Below, one piece after another: positions 42,311-55,257 of a DNA stretch of 64,000 nucleotides. Positions within the stretch are counted from its first letter, which is position 1. Each line of letters begins with the position of its first letter. The translations under genes were made by a program, and so were the position numbers. Below the pieces are notes generated by a model that was not told the origin of the DNA, made no database searches, and saw only the letters and a program-made list of their open reading frames with translations. The DNA comes from Camelus dromedarius (taxonomy: Eukaryota). The stretch is from contig NC_087447.1 of NCBI RefSeq assembly GCF_036321535.1, positions 36,892,001-36,956,000 of the forward strand, read 5' to 3'.

Positions 42311-42476
42311 TATTATTTAGATATAAGTAAAAGAACTAGCTAAATATCCTTTGAGTTCAGAGCAAAGGGAAGTAAGTTGTAATTAAACACATCAGATAAT
42401 TTTGACATTTATAATGGATACAAGTAATCTTCCTGAGAACCTATCATATGTGGATAGAGATAAAAGTACATCGCAA

Positions 42477-42619
42477 GGAGGAGGATGCAGCTCAGTGGTA
42501 GAGTGCATGCTCAGCTTGCACAAGGTCCTGGGTTCAATCCCCAGTACACCATCAAAAAATAATTAAATAACTGAACTTAATTATCTCCCCCCACCAAAAA
42601 ACAAACAAACAAACAAACA
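42477..42619 (+). mobile_element. tRNA-derived SINE, camelid Vic-1-like
   Basis: A-box-like cagctcagtgg (42488-98), B box ggttcaatcc (42531-40), tail aattatctcccccc plus (AAAC)n; TSD aaaagtacatcgcaa / aaaagtatattggaa (12/15). Confidence 0.82.
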
Positions 42620-42754
42620 AAAAGTATATTGGAACATAGATGTGCCAGATTATTTATTTCCTTTCAAGACAAACAAACAAACAAACAAACAAAAAACCCC
42701 AAACCAAAAAACCTAGGGCATTACTACATTGTAAAATGACTTATTTTCTCCTTA

Positions 42755-42980
42755 GTTTAGTAGAGAAGGGGCCTGGGATTTAGAGTCCAATGAGCTATAA
42801 ATCAAATTTTGTCTCTCCATGTATGGGTTTGGACAGTCATTTTTTCACTCTGACTACTCCTTCCTTTGTAAACTTAGAATAATACCATCCAGCCTCGAAG
42901 AGTTATTGATAGATGAAGTAGTATATGTGAAAATGTCTAGGATGGTGTTGGTACATAATGGCTCCTCTGTGCATGTTATT
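42755..42980 (+). mobile_element. MIR SINE relic
   Basis: gtttagtagagaag...gggatttagagtc...cagtcattttttcactctg...tgtaaacttagaataatacc...tatatgtgaaaatg. Confidence 0.6.
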
Positions 42981-44185
42981 TTCATTTTTTCTTTCTAATC
43001 TTCCTTCCTAAGCAGTGTTTTCTGGCACAATGACCATTTTTACTGGAAAAGACCTTAAAGATCAGCTAGTATCAGGCCCTCTTTCCTACAGATGAAGGAG
43101 TTGAGCCCCAGAGAGGAAACATGTTTGCCAATGGGAAGAAAGTTCTGTTTCTAAGCTACTGTGTGTTTTAAACAATGGCATTAAAAGCAAGTTCTCTGTG
43201 CCTTTTCAGAAGCAAAACAGGAGTTAACATTTGCTGACAATTTTATTTTAAACATAATAATGCAGATCTTAAAATTGAACATTTAAATGAATATGCTCAT
43301 ATTACAACTCAATTTCTAGAATGATGGGAATGTTGTTAAGGGTGTTTTATGGCAGGATAAATGAAACAAATAAAGGTAAGGAGCTTCGCTTTCAAGCTCC
43401 TAGTAAAACCAGAGTTACAAGCCAGACATTTGAATACTGTTCAGTATAGAACAGGCGTCTTAAAATAGACATTCTGTAAATATATGTAGCAAAGAATATA
43501 AAGAGACATCACTTTAGACATGAAAAATAAATTGCATATAGCATGGTATGTAAAACATAATTATAATGTCTGCTTGCTCTTTGCAAAAATTAATTTTAAA
43601 CATGACTAGAGACCAGAATATAGACCATGAAGAGTGCCCACACCCAGAAAGCCACATAGAAGCCATGCTGTGGCATGCGGCTCCCTGGGCAAAGGCCCAG
43701 GAGAGCAGAAGAAGGCTTTCTGTGTTTCCATTTTTAAAGTACTTGCAATTGTTTGATTTAAAATATATATTAAAAAATTAGCGGCAGAGCCTATTTATAG
43801 TTCCAGGAACTTTTCAGAGAGAAGAACACAAAAGCACTACAGAGCTGTTGAAATTTTAAATAATTCTTTGTAAATGCCCTAGGTTAATTTAGATCCCTGA
43901 AAACACATTAGGAAATTAAGCTGTAATGTGAGCTAATTCAGATTTTAATTTGGCAAAAAGAATGATCCAACTACACGGTTAATGTAAATAGAAGCATAAC
44001 ACAGGGAAATTAATGAGGTTTCCTTCTGATGAATCTTCAAGGAGGTAGATAATTAGCTTCTTTTGTTATTATTGTAGGAGAATGTGGCATTGTCTCTGAG
44101 GTGTAAAATAACTGTGGCTTACTGAGTGATAATGTGCTTCATTTGTCTTTTTTTAAATATAATTATTTATGGTAAACTCTTGTAG

Positions 44186-44443
<258 letters not shown>

Positions 44444-44974
44444 TGATTCTTGTTTCCAAAGTGTTCCTTAGTCGAGGGGGGAAAAAGTGAAAGTAAAAAA
44501 AAGTATTTTCTGCTGAAATATAACCCAATTTAATGTCTTGGGTGACTAGAACTTTTAGAAAAGGTCATAATTACAAATTCTGCTGGGATGGGTTCTTCAG
44601 ATGATGATAAGTTAGATCCAGCAACCAGAGACTTAGCAAATTCTTTAATTGGCCAGTGCTTTGCTACTGAAGCAACTCTAGGCAGACAAGAGTGACGTGA
44701 ACCCTCTGAGGGTCTAAAGGGACCAGACCCAAAAGCTGCTTGCCAAAAATCCAAAATTTCTTTGAAATTTTATATTTTCTTAGTAAAATATATGTGAATT
44801 TTCCATCTTATCCCATATTAGTTTTGCAATGAAGCAAAAATGAATGACATACTTCCATGACATCTTATGAAATAAAACCGTTATCTAGCAAGATATATCA
44901 CAATGATCCTCTGGCTTCTTACAGTCTCTGATATATGGCCAAGTATCTCTAAGGATAGTCACACCATGGTGTGA

Positions 44975-45200
44975 GAAATATAGAGGAGAAACACAGGGTC
45001 TGGCATCAGCAGCCTTGAACTGAGAACCTTTACATACTAGCTATGTGGTGCTGTGAAAATTATTTAATATTTTTGAACTCAGTTTCCTAATCTCCGGAAA
45101 GGAAATATTACCTAGCTCATTGGTTGTCATGAGAATCAAAAGAGAAAAATATGTATAAAGTGCCTAACATGTTGTCTGGCACCTAGAAGTCATGCAATTT
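44975..45200 (+). mobile_element. MIR SINE relic
   Basis: gggtctggcatcag...tactagctatgtg...gaactcagtttcctaatct...gttgtcatgagaatcaaa...aaagtgcctaaca. Confidence 0.75.
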
Positions 45201-45469
45201 GAAGAGACTAGACAAACGAATATGAACACATTTACGTGCACAAATGGAAAGAAACAGTACAAGTGAAAGCACTTGTCAGTAGCAGAGAGCCAGATGAGCA
45301 GAAACATTATTGTTCCTACACTCTGTAAATGCCTTAATTTTCAAGTAAAGACACAGAGGTTCAAAGAGTTTAGGGACTGGAACTAGCATTTCTTCACCAT
45401 ATTTCCTTGTGTTATTGAATCCTGGAGCCTGAAATGCTTACTGTAACAAATAAAATAATGTGTAAGGGT

Positions 45470-45690
45470 AGCCATTTACAGATCAAAAAATAGTTTTACC
45501 TAACTTATCTCATTTAATTTTTCACAGTAATCTTGTGAGTTAGGTAGTGTATTATTATTACCCTCATTGTATTATAAAGTAAATTGTGGTTCTTTCAGGT
45601 AAATGACTTGCCCACAGCCACGTGGCTATTCATTAGCAGAGCCAAAATTAGGCTCCAGGTCCTCTCAAGTGTAAGTCAGTGCCCTTTTTG
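45470..45690 (-). mobile_element. MIR SINE relic
   Basis: ttatctcatttaatttttcacagtaatcttgtgagttaggtag...aggtaaatgacttgcccacagccac. Confidence 0.75.
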
Positions 45691-46401
45691 TAAACTCACA
45701 GTTGGAATATTTGCTGAACTCTGCTGAGTCTAAGTGAATCTTCTGACGGTGAGATATAAATCTTCCTCACTGAAATCAGGGACATTAGGATCCATACAGC
45801 AGCTTATTCTCATTTTGAGTTAGGAGGCCTCTTTCAGGGGCCCGGAGGTTTTCACTCCAAGTCAGTGGTATTGGTGTGGGAGAGAGAAATGAATCGTTTC
45901 CAGCATGTGAATATGATCGCTGGATTGTTGGAAGTTGTGAGATGAGAAAAAAAAGCCAAGCCAACATGAGGATAAATAATGGACTTGATCTTGAAATGAC
46001 TCTTCTGTAATTCTCTTCTGAATTTTGTTTGGAAAGTGTATGTTTGCTATACTGAGCATTGTGAGGAACAAAGATGACTGTATCACAGGCCCTGCTCTTG
46101 GAGAGTTTATACTTCAGCAGAGTGTAGTCCTTAGATCATGAGAGCTGAAGTAATACCACTCTTGTCCAGACAATATTGGATAGAATTTTTTTTTAATCAG
46201 AAAAGCCTCAGAGCAGAAGATGTGGGTTTTCTATATCCTAAAAAGTGACAGTTAGACTTTTTACAAATTTTCCATGGATATCATTGGAAATTTTCTGAAC
46301 TCAAATGCGTATGCACATGCATGGCACACACATAGACATGTGGTGTGAGCTTGATTGTAGTCCGGTTTCCTCTGTCCTGTCTCTGTGAGGTGTGCATGTG
46401 T

Positions 46402-46402
<1 letters not shown>

Positions 46403-46430
<28 letters not shown>
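46403..46430. repeat. (CA)14 microsatellite
   Basis: Read directly. Confidence 0.95.
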
Positions 46431-46435
<5 letters not shown>

Positions 46436-47310
46436 TATGAAATGCCCATACCTGGATATAAGCAAATGGATCACATTAAACTTTACCACAGCAGCTGAAA
46501 TCTATCTAACAGCAAAACATTGCCTTCTTTGTGTCTAAAATTGGAAAGGCTAATCTAAAGTGTTCAGTTTTAACCTACAGTAAAATGCATGATATGGAGG
46601 AAAATTAGTTTAATTTTGAATTTTGTCCTTCTGTGTTGCATGGAATATAATGAAAGTGAATCTTTCCACTTTATTTGAAGCCCTGTACTTATGTGAAAAC
46701 CATTCCCACACATTCGGTCTCACTGTCATGACGGGGAGCTGAGAGCAGTGCGTGTTCAGGCTGGGGGTAGGAAATGGGTTGTCATTCTCCTGGTAAATAA
46801 CTGAGGCGGCATGATGAGGAGAATGCTTCATTAACCAGCCAGCAATTGGGGAACAGAGAGTGCGGTGTATTCCTCCCCACCCCTTCTCTCCTGCAGTGGA
46901 CATACAAACACACAGATACAGCTATCACTGAAGTACACGTGTAATAACCTCACAGATTTTTTTCTGCTAGGCCAGGAACAGCTTTCCTGCATTAGTGCAC
47001 CAGATATTATGGGCCGCCTGCACTGATGGCTCTGTACCCCTGCCCACCCCTCTTTTCCCCACTACTCTCCCACTAATTGTTGAATACAGCCAGAAAAAGA
47101 GACATGTATAGGAATCTAGGAACCATCATCTGTGAGGAGGTGGGTTGACAGAGCCCAGATATACTGGAATGCTGGGGTATCCTCCAAGGGTTAAAAAACC
47201 CAGCACAGCTCTGTCGCCCTGGCTTTCTGTACTCTTGGAGTTTTCTTAATAGCAAACGTGCCTCTTCCTTGTGCGGAGCACACCGCATTCTACAGGGGAG
47301 GGGATAGTAG

Positions 47311-47589
<279 letters not shown>

Positions 47590-47999
47590 TAGGCCTGTTG
47601 ACGCATTCTTAATCTGGCTCTTTCCAGGCTCCCAAGCATCAACCTGCAGCCAAAGATTGGGGCTTCTAGCTTAAGGGCTGTCTTGTATCACATTCAAGCA
47701 TAACTGTCGATTAATAAATATACCCTTTCTCATGGGGTGGGAGTTGCCTCCCAGTACACAACCAGACACCCAGCCTACCTGCCTGTTGGTATGTTTCTGC
47801 CCCATTCCAAAAGATTTAGAACTATCTTATAATAAAGGGGATATATGAGATTACTAAAATAAACATAGACTATCAGAATATTAAAAAAGGAAAATCCATA
47901 TATGCTTACGATGAAGGCTGATACATTACTGTGACTCGTTGAATTACTAACCTTCCCATCAACCTGAGCAAAATATAAAACAAAGCGACTCACAAAATG

Positions 48000-48665
48000 C
48001 ATTCGTTTGTTTTTGTTTCAACAAATTATTTATCAAGTGCTTATTCTCTAATAGACACTGTTCTAGGCACTAGAGAGATAACAGTGAACAAATCAGACAA
48101 AAATCTCTGTTCTCATAGAGGGGAACACAGACGAGGGAAAAGTAAGCAGTTAAATACATAATGTAATGCTAGTAACATCAGGAGGTGAGTCAATGCCATG
48201 AGGAAAACAGAAGCAAGTGAAGGGAAGAGGGAGTTGCACTGGGTTGTTCTTTTAAGCAGGCTGGTAGGGACTCTGAGGAAGCGTCACTAGGTAGAGATCT
48301 GAGTGAAGCTGAGTGCAGGCCATGTGAAAACCAAGCGGAAGAGCATCCAGGCAGTGGGAACAATAAGCTGAGAGGTCATTAGAGTGTAGGACCAGTGTGG
48401 CAAGAGCGGCAGGAGGGAAGGAGGAGCCGCAGAACAAGGACCAGAGTGATAGCCGGGGGCAGAGCTTGTTAGACCTGTAGGCCCTGAAATTCTTTGCGTT
48501 TGACTCAGAGTGTGATGGGAATTCCCAGACTTGTTTTGTCCAGGGCATTGGCATGATCAAATTTACATATAAAAGGATCATTCTGCCTGATGTGCAAGAA
48601 CAGACTGTATAGGTGGTTAAGCGTGGAAACGGGCAGACCAGTTGAGTGGCTGTTGTCATACACTG
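48000..48665 (-). mobile_element. L2 relic (3' part)
   Basis: tcaacaaattatttatcaagtgc...cactgttctaggcactagagagataacagtgaacaaatcagacaaaaatctctgttctcatagag...aaaaggatcattctg. Confidence 0.85.
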
Positions 48666-48699
48666 GGTGAAAATTTCTGATTGCTTGATGAATGAATGA

Positions 48700-48900
48700 T
48701 CCTTGCTATTCCTTGGCTTATATCTGCATCATTCCAGTTACTCCTTCCCTCTTCACATGGCTGTCTACCCTCTGTGTGTGTCCTTATGTCTCCAAATCTC
48801 CCTCTTCTTACAAGGACATCAGTCACTGGACTTAAGAGTCACCCTAATCTAGTGTGACCTTATTTTAACTTGATTATATCTGCAAAGATCTTATTTCCTA
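48700..48900 (-). mobile_element. MLT1-family (ERVL-MaLR) LTR fragment
   Basis: ttccttggctt...tcttcacatggc...tcttacaaggacatcagtcactgga...accctaatctagtgtgaccttattttaacttgattatatctgcaaaga...tatttcc. Confidence 0.8.
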
Positions 48901-49779
48901 TAGATAGGTAGATAAATTATATAGATATATAATATATTAAATTAATCATTTTGGACTCCTCCCGACCCCTCGCCTTGATGGATCCTCTTGATGGGAGGTT
49001 CATATCAGGTAGGAGAGGAACTCTCTGGGGGAATGTTGGGAATGTTGGGAATGTTGGGCCTTTTGGTGTCAGTTAAGCCATTAACTTTTATATGCTTGGG
49101 ATTGCTGTGCACATGCCAGTCATTGGATCTGCTCAATCAGATCCTATTCCCCTATTCCCCTATTCCCCATTAAGTGCTCCATCCTGGGTGGTGGGCTCAC
49201 AAGACAGAGCTACTCTTTAAAAACCACCTGAGTAGATGGTTATATATAGAGTGAGGTTTTAGGACCACAAAAAAGGAAAAGCCTTGTCCCTAAATATCTT
49301 CTAGCACAGTGGTAATAGAAATAAACACAGAGTCATTCTTTTGACCTAAGACCTAAGTCTTCTGCTCAGGGAGAGAACCACGAAATAATAACATATTTAA
49401 TCTTAATGTGAATAACTTTATAAAATCCTTTTTTGAGACCTGGGTAGGTAAACAAGTTTCGGCATAAGAATGCTGGGTGGGAAATTGGGTTAAAAAAAAA
49501 AAGAGAGAGAATGGGTACATAAATCAGAGACCATCTCCTACTTTACAATTTTATCAAGGGTTAATCTTAAAATTAACATTAGAAGGAAGTCAGTGATTTG
49601 TTTGTGCCATTTTTAATGTGTTAGTTTTCAAATGAAAGTAAATTCTAATAATACAGAAAGATACATAGTCAAAAGCTAGTTACCCTTCTCACCCCATTAA
49701 CTGCCATTAATGATTCAGAAATTTTCTTTGCAGATATGAGAAAGTAATGAGTTTAAAAATATATATTCTCATACTATAC

Positions 49780-49960
49780 TATTCTTGGAATAGTAGACAC
49801 TGAGTTGTCACTTACCAGCTGTGTGATATTTGGTAAACTGAGTAACTTCTCTGAATCTCAGTTTCTTTATCTATAATGTAAGGATAGTAATCTGGGTTAC
49901 AATGAAATAAGATATATGTGAATATACCTAGCACAGCTCCTAGTACAGAGTAGACACTTT
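49780..49960 (+). mobile_element. MIR SINE relic
   Basis: cacttaccagctgtgtgatatttggtaaa...aacttctctgaatctcagtttctttatctataatg. Confidence 0.8.
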
Positions 49961-50186
49961 CTTATGTTTCCCATACCTTTTCAACTAAACTATGGGTGAC
50001 ATTTGAATATATAGAACAAGCATACTAGTTTGTCATACATACAAGATCCTCACACAATTATGCAATGGTCAGTAGAAGGAAACACAGTTAGATTTTTCAG
50101 ATGTTGGCATATTGGCCAACTCACATAGTTAAATTCCTTTCTAACTGAGCTGATACACAAAGCTATGGAAACTTCAGGTTTTAGAT

Positions 50187-50385
50187 CAGGGTTTCTCAAC
50201 CTCAGCATTATTGATGTGTTTGGCTGGATAATTCTTAGTCATGGTCAGGGCATGAAATCTGGCCTCTATTCATGAGATGCCTATAGAACCCCTCCTTTTG
50301 TGTCAACCAAAAATGTCTCCAGACATTGTCAAATGTTCCTTATTGAGGGAGGGAGGACAAAATTACCCCTAGCTGAAAATCATTG
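50187..50385 (-). mobile_element. MER20 (hAT-Charlie), opposite orientation to the 20596 copy
   Basis: cagggtttctcaacctcagcattattga...ggctggataattctt...caaccaaaaatgtctccagacattgtcaaatgt. Confidence 0.88.
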
Positions 50386-51944
50386 GGCTACATAAATAGA
50401 TTTAGAATGAATTCATTTCAGAAACGTTAGTCCATGAAACACTAGGTTATTTTATTTAAATAACCGTACTTATTGTTAAATTATGAGAAACCCTTGCCTC
50501 TGATTACTGTTATGAATGAAATGTTTCTTTGAAAATGCATGTAAAATTTTTGTTTGGAATATTAACACAGAGAACATGTAAAGCAGAATGTGTGTATATG
50601 CCATTTAGTTTGAGGGGGAAAATGAGAAATAAAGTCAGCATTATTACAGCAACTCTGCCTTTCACTGAAGCCCCTTTGTCATATTAAGCAGGCTTAGAAT
50701 AGCACCATCCCAATATGTTTGCACTAAACCTAGTAGTAAATTGGCACTGGACATCCTTTGCTTCCAGCAGTGAATCTGTTTGTCTGCCACTGTGACCCTA
50801 TATTGTTGAATTTATATAATCAGTTGAAGTTCAAACTTAAGATACTATTAACTTCAAATACTACAGGGTAATTTTAAGTATTTATTATTGACTTTTCTTA
50901 ATTCACTTGGGAGGAAGAAGTCTGAGACTCTGAAATGTCCATTGTAGAGTTGTTTTTTTGTGACATTTACTAACCTTAGGTGTATGTAAAACATGTTTGT
51001 ACGTATCGTAACTGAGGGGAGAGATTTACTACACAGGCATGGGGTGCTTGTGTCTTCGTAACACATAGAGTATCGCTTATATGTCCCTATGAATACGTTT
51101 ACTCATGGCGTATTTCACTTTATTGGGTAAACTTCTCTTTTGGCACTTTAAAATGAAACATTGTTGACTTGATCGGCCAGAACGACACCAATGGAGCTGT
51201 TCTGGTTGGCTGTGTCACGGGATATTTAGGGTCTGTTAAATATATAGATTGTCGGGACAATAGACTGTAACGGCGCCTTAGGAGCTGTTATGCTCCATCA
51301 TTTCAACATAGCTGCTGTGCACGGATCATGAGTGTCTTGCCAGCAGAAGCGTAAGTTGCTGCCCTGGGTTTTAGCTTTCCGTATCAAGAACACCAGCCAT
51401 CTCCCTTAGTACCAGGCCAATTAGATCATATTATAGTCTAATTGCTTACCAAATTTTGTTGTTTTGACATCTCTAAAATAGGAAGTATCTTAGTCATGAC
51501 AATACACTGCAGAATTTTAAATAGGCTGCTTCTAAATGTCCTTAGAGCCAAGCTAAGGGCATCTGGCTAGAAGAGAGGCAAGGCAGGGTGGACCTTCTTA
51601 GTGTTAAAGTGTGTTTTAACTTTTCTGACTTCCTTGATGTTTGAATGCTGACTTGGTGATTGGTTAAAGCACTTTCCTGTAAAGGTATTATGTAATTAGG
51701 TATCTGGTTATTTTGTTCATGTTAATAATTTTGAGGAACCAGTAGATTGATTACCTGTTGATCAGAGTTGCTCATAAATAGGCCAATTACACATCTGTAT
51801 ACATGTGGCCCAAGCTGCTTTTCCCTTCATCTTCTGAGAATATCTTAAGAAAAATGCTTGACCTTATCAGATGTCAAAGTGAGCTACCATGAATACTGTA
51901 AGTACACTCTGTGAAGTATATTGGTGGGATTAAAACTGTAGACT

Positions 51945-52110
51945 GAAAAAACTTAAGGAGACATTACATGTGATCTGGTCCAATTGCTTCAATTCACAGA
52001 CAGGAAAACTGAGACTTAAAGAAAGAAAATGACTTGCTCATGGTCACAGAGCAGATTCATGACAGAGCAGGAATTAAATCTCAGCTTTCTTGATTCTTAG
52101 TTAGTGATAT
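51945..52110 (-). mobile_element. MIR SINE relic
   Basis: acagacaggaaaactgagacttaaagaaag...atgacttgctcatggtcacagagc. Confidence 0.75.
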
Positions 52111-52469
52111 TTCTATTTATGAAACAGTACCAAATTAATTTACATGTAATTTAAATTACATTTTTTCTATTAGATCTTTAAGCTTATTACATACAAAAGT
52201 ACTTTTTACATTTGCAATCTAAAACCTTTGATAGAATAAGACAAGATTAAAAGACAAACAAACAAACAATGAAACAGAAAAGCCTTGAGCCCCCTGCTTC
52301 CTGTATACTTGTCACCTTCTTTCTGGGCAGGGCACTTTTCCTGGCTGTGATGTCCATTGATTGGTTCTGGCTCTGGAAAGATTTCAGTCAGGAAACAGAA
52401 GATTGAGTGACGGTAATAGCAAAGAGACAGAAGAGGTGGCTAGACCAGGAGCAGTAATGGAATTAGAGG

Positions 52470-52720
52470 CCACATGGTATATTGGAAAGAGCATGGATTT
52501 TGGAGTTGATTAATCCTGTGTCTCAGTTTCTAGGATTAATCTTGGAAGCAGTGTGTGCTGTTTTCTGTGTTATTTAAATAAGTTACTTAACCTCTGTGAA
52601 TCTCAATAAACATACCTATAAAATGAAGATAAAATGGAGATAATCTTTTCCATGAAGGATTGTTTGGAGGGAAAATAAATGTAGAACACATATTTGGCAC
52701 AGGAAATGCTTGGTTAATAT
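52470..52720 (+). mobile_element. MIR SINE relic
   Basis: catggtatattggaaagagcatggattttggagt...aagttacttaacctctgtgaatctca. Confidence 0.75.
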
Positions 52721-54797
52721 TCGGTCCTTTTCCACTTGAAGACCTCAGATAGGTTGTCAAACCTATTGTTAATTTTGTTAAATGTTCACTCTTTGATATT
52801 CTCCAATGGTGAATGGGTTAACCTACTGCTCTTTGGAGCCAAAATGTCTTAAGACAGAGTTGCAGGTTAGAAGCTAACAGACATCTTACAAAATCAAGAT
52901 AATCCGTTTTTCTTTTTCATTTTTAAAGTAACTTGTGTACCCAAGTTACTTGCTAGGATCTGACCATAGCCAACATGATAATGTTCAATATTATATTATC
53001 AATATGCTAGGGAGCCTTTGTCCCTACTAATTTAATATATACTTTAATATATTTCCAAAAAATCAGGATTTCAATCTTTGATTTTTGAGTAACCTGATTC
53101 TTGATAACTATGCATTTATCATGCCAAAATGATATTTTTTTCAATCAAGTAAATAAAATAATAATAATCCAGTCAGTAAGGCACATTGTAAACTTGTTCC
53201 TATTTATTCAGAAAAGCAGTTGTTCATTTTTTGCAAGCATAAATTCTTTCTTCTCACCCATACTTGCAAAAATACCAGAATAGTACATCAGTATTACACT
53301 GATGTAATACTGCCCCCTTTTATTGGAAATGAAAAACATACTGGACATCTTCTGCTTCACATTGTCAGTTGCCACAGCTCGTTGTTATTTATACAGTTGA
53401 TTCAGATATTCATTGTTGCATGACAGGATAAGTTCAGACAGAAGATCAATACAGCTGTACAACAATAAGTGAAAGGGGATTGTGAGCAAATTATTTAGCA
53501 AAGTGTGTTTGGAATGAATGAGTTTCTTATATAGCACACAGACTAGTGAGGCTTTATTGTTTCCAAAGGAGTATACAGTATTGATTAATCAGGTGGTCAT
53601 TTTTGTGAACTTGTAACTAACATGTTCAGTTGTGCTTTTTCCTGTGTCAACTTGTTTCTAAGATATCCTAAGATATCGACAACTCGTACTATGAGGGATG
53701 TGGGCATATTAAAGATTTTACAGTAATGGGACAAATTCTAATTGTAATGTCTTCGTTTGCAAAGCAGAGCATTAGTGTGTTTTTTAAAAAAACATTTATG
53801 TAGTACTTTTTACATCATGACAAGAAATATTTCACAGTGCTTCTGTGCTTCAAAAATATCATCACATACGTTATCTCTCTTGAACCTTTCCAAAGTCAGG
53901 GATGTAGGGAATAGTGTCCTTGTTTTGCATATTAGGAAACTAAGACCAGCCCTAGGTCACTTTGCTCCATCATTCCCTCTCTCTGTCGTCTCTTTTTTCC
54001 CCCTACATCTCTGTGAGATTGACAGGGCAGTTTTAGTTAAAATCTAAAACCAAGACATACATCTGAATTTCAAACATCAATTTTAATGAAGTGAATTCTA
54101 AAATCATGAGATAAAGAAGTCTACCTAGATATATATGCTTTATGCATATTTCTTTGAAAGGAATAACTATTTATACTTGTGATAGTGTTTTTCTAAAACA
54201 ACATACACAGATAAAAAATGCCATTAAATTAGGAAAAAATGTAAGTTTTATTACCGTTAGATTTTATATTTGAACCAGTAACATTGGGCAACTAAGCAGT
54301 GCTGTATATAGGCTCCTGGCTGAATGTAATCATTAAGTTCCTTTTATTTCTGTTGTCAGGGCTACTTGATTGGTTGCCTAGCTACTCGTTTAAGACCCAG
54401 TTCATAAAAACAACAACAAACTTGTTTGCCTTCTTTCTTCTCTTCAGGTTAAATGAAAAGAATGATGAGAATTTATCTGGGTTTACAAGGTTCAAGATAC
54501 TTCCTAGGGATAGGGGTGGGAGAGTGAACAAATATAAGACATTTAATTTTGTTTACAACAAATGTTTTAAATCAAAAGACCATGTCCAGTTAAAGGATCT
54601 TCCAGTGAAAGGGTTAAAATTTGATACGTTAGAGTTAATAACTTTGCAGAAAGAGTTGTTGGTTTGGGCATGTATGGAGCAAATTTACTAATAATGAGGA
54701 TTTTATACATCTAACCTCCCACTATGGCAGGTCTTTCTAACCTGTAATCCTTCTAGATCTGATCTCTTCTGGATCTAATCTCATAATCCTTCTAGAT

Positions 54798-55257
54798 AAG
54801 CTATTTTCAACGTTTTTGGTCTCAGAGCCCTTTTACACTCCTCTCTATATAAATGTTTATCATATGAGATATTAAAACTGAAAAACTAAAATATTTATTC
54901 ATTTAAAAATCATAATAAACCCACTAGATGTTAATGCAAATAACATTTTTGAGTATTAAGCATATTTTTCAAAATAAAAAATAGTAAGAATAATGGCTTT
55001 GTTTTAGGTTTTTGCAAATCTTTCTAATGTCTGGCTTAATAGTAGACAACTTGATTCCTGTTTCTGCTTCTGCATTTAGTCTGTTGCTTTATCACAATGC
55101 CATGTAACTTCTGGGAAATTCCGTTGTATACTTATGAAAGAATAGGGATGAAAAAGGCAAATAATATCTCAGCAGTATTATGCAACTAGTTTTGGTCTAG
55201 TGGACCCACTAAAAGGGTCTTTAAGATTGCTAGAGGGGATACTTTGAATACATGCTA
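54798..55257. mobile_element. MER113-like hAT-Charlie DNA transposon
   Basis: Perfect 8-bp TSD TTCTAGAT at 54790-97 and 55258-65; internal tttttggtctcag...tttacactc and aatgtctggcttaatagtagacaacttgattc motifs. Confidence 0.82.

Noticed and set aside
42477..42550. Possible tRNA gene
   Set aside because: The acceptor stem is not intact, and it has a SINE body, simple-repeat tail and TSD.
44975..45690. Oppositely oriented MIR pair as a dsRNA/editing substrate
   Set aside because: The copies look too diverged to pair stably.
52144..52161. Perfect 18-bp palindrome atgtaatttaaattacat
   Set aside because: Nearly all A/T; one such palindrome in an AT-rich 64-kb window is not surprising.
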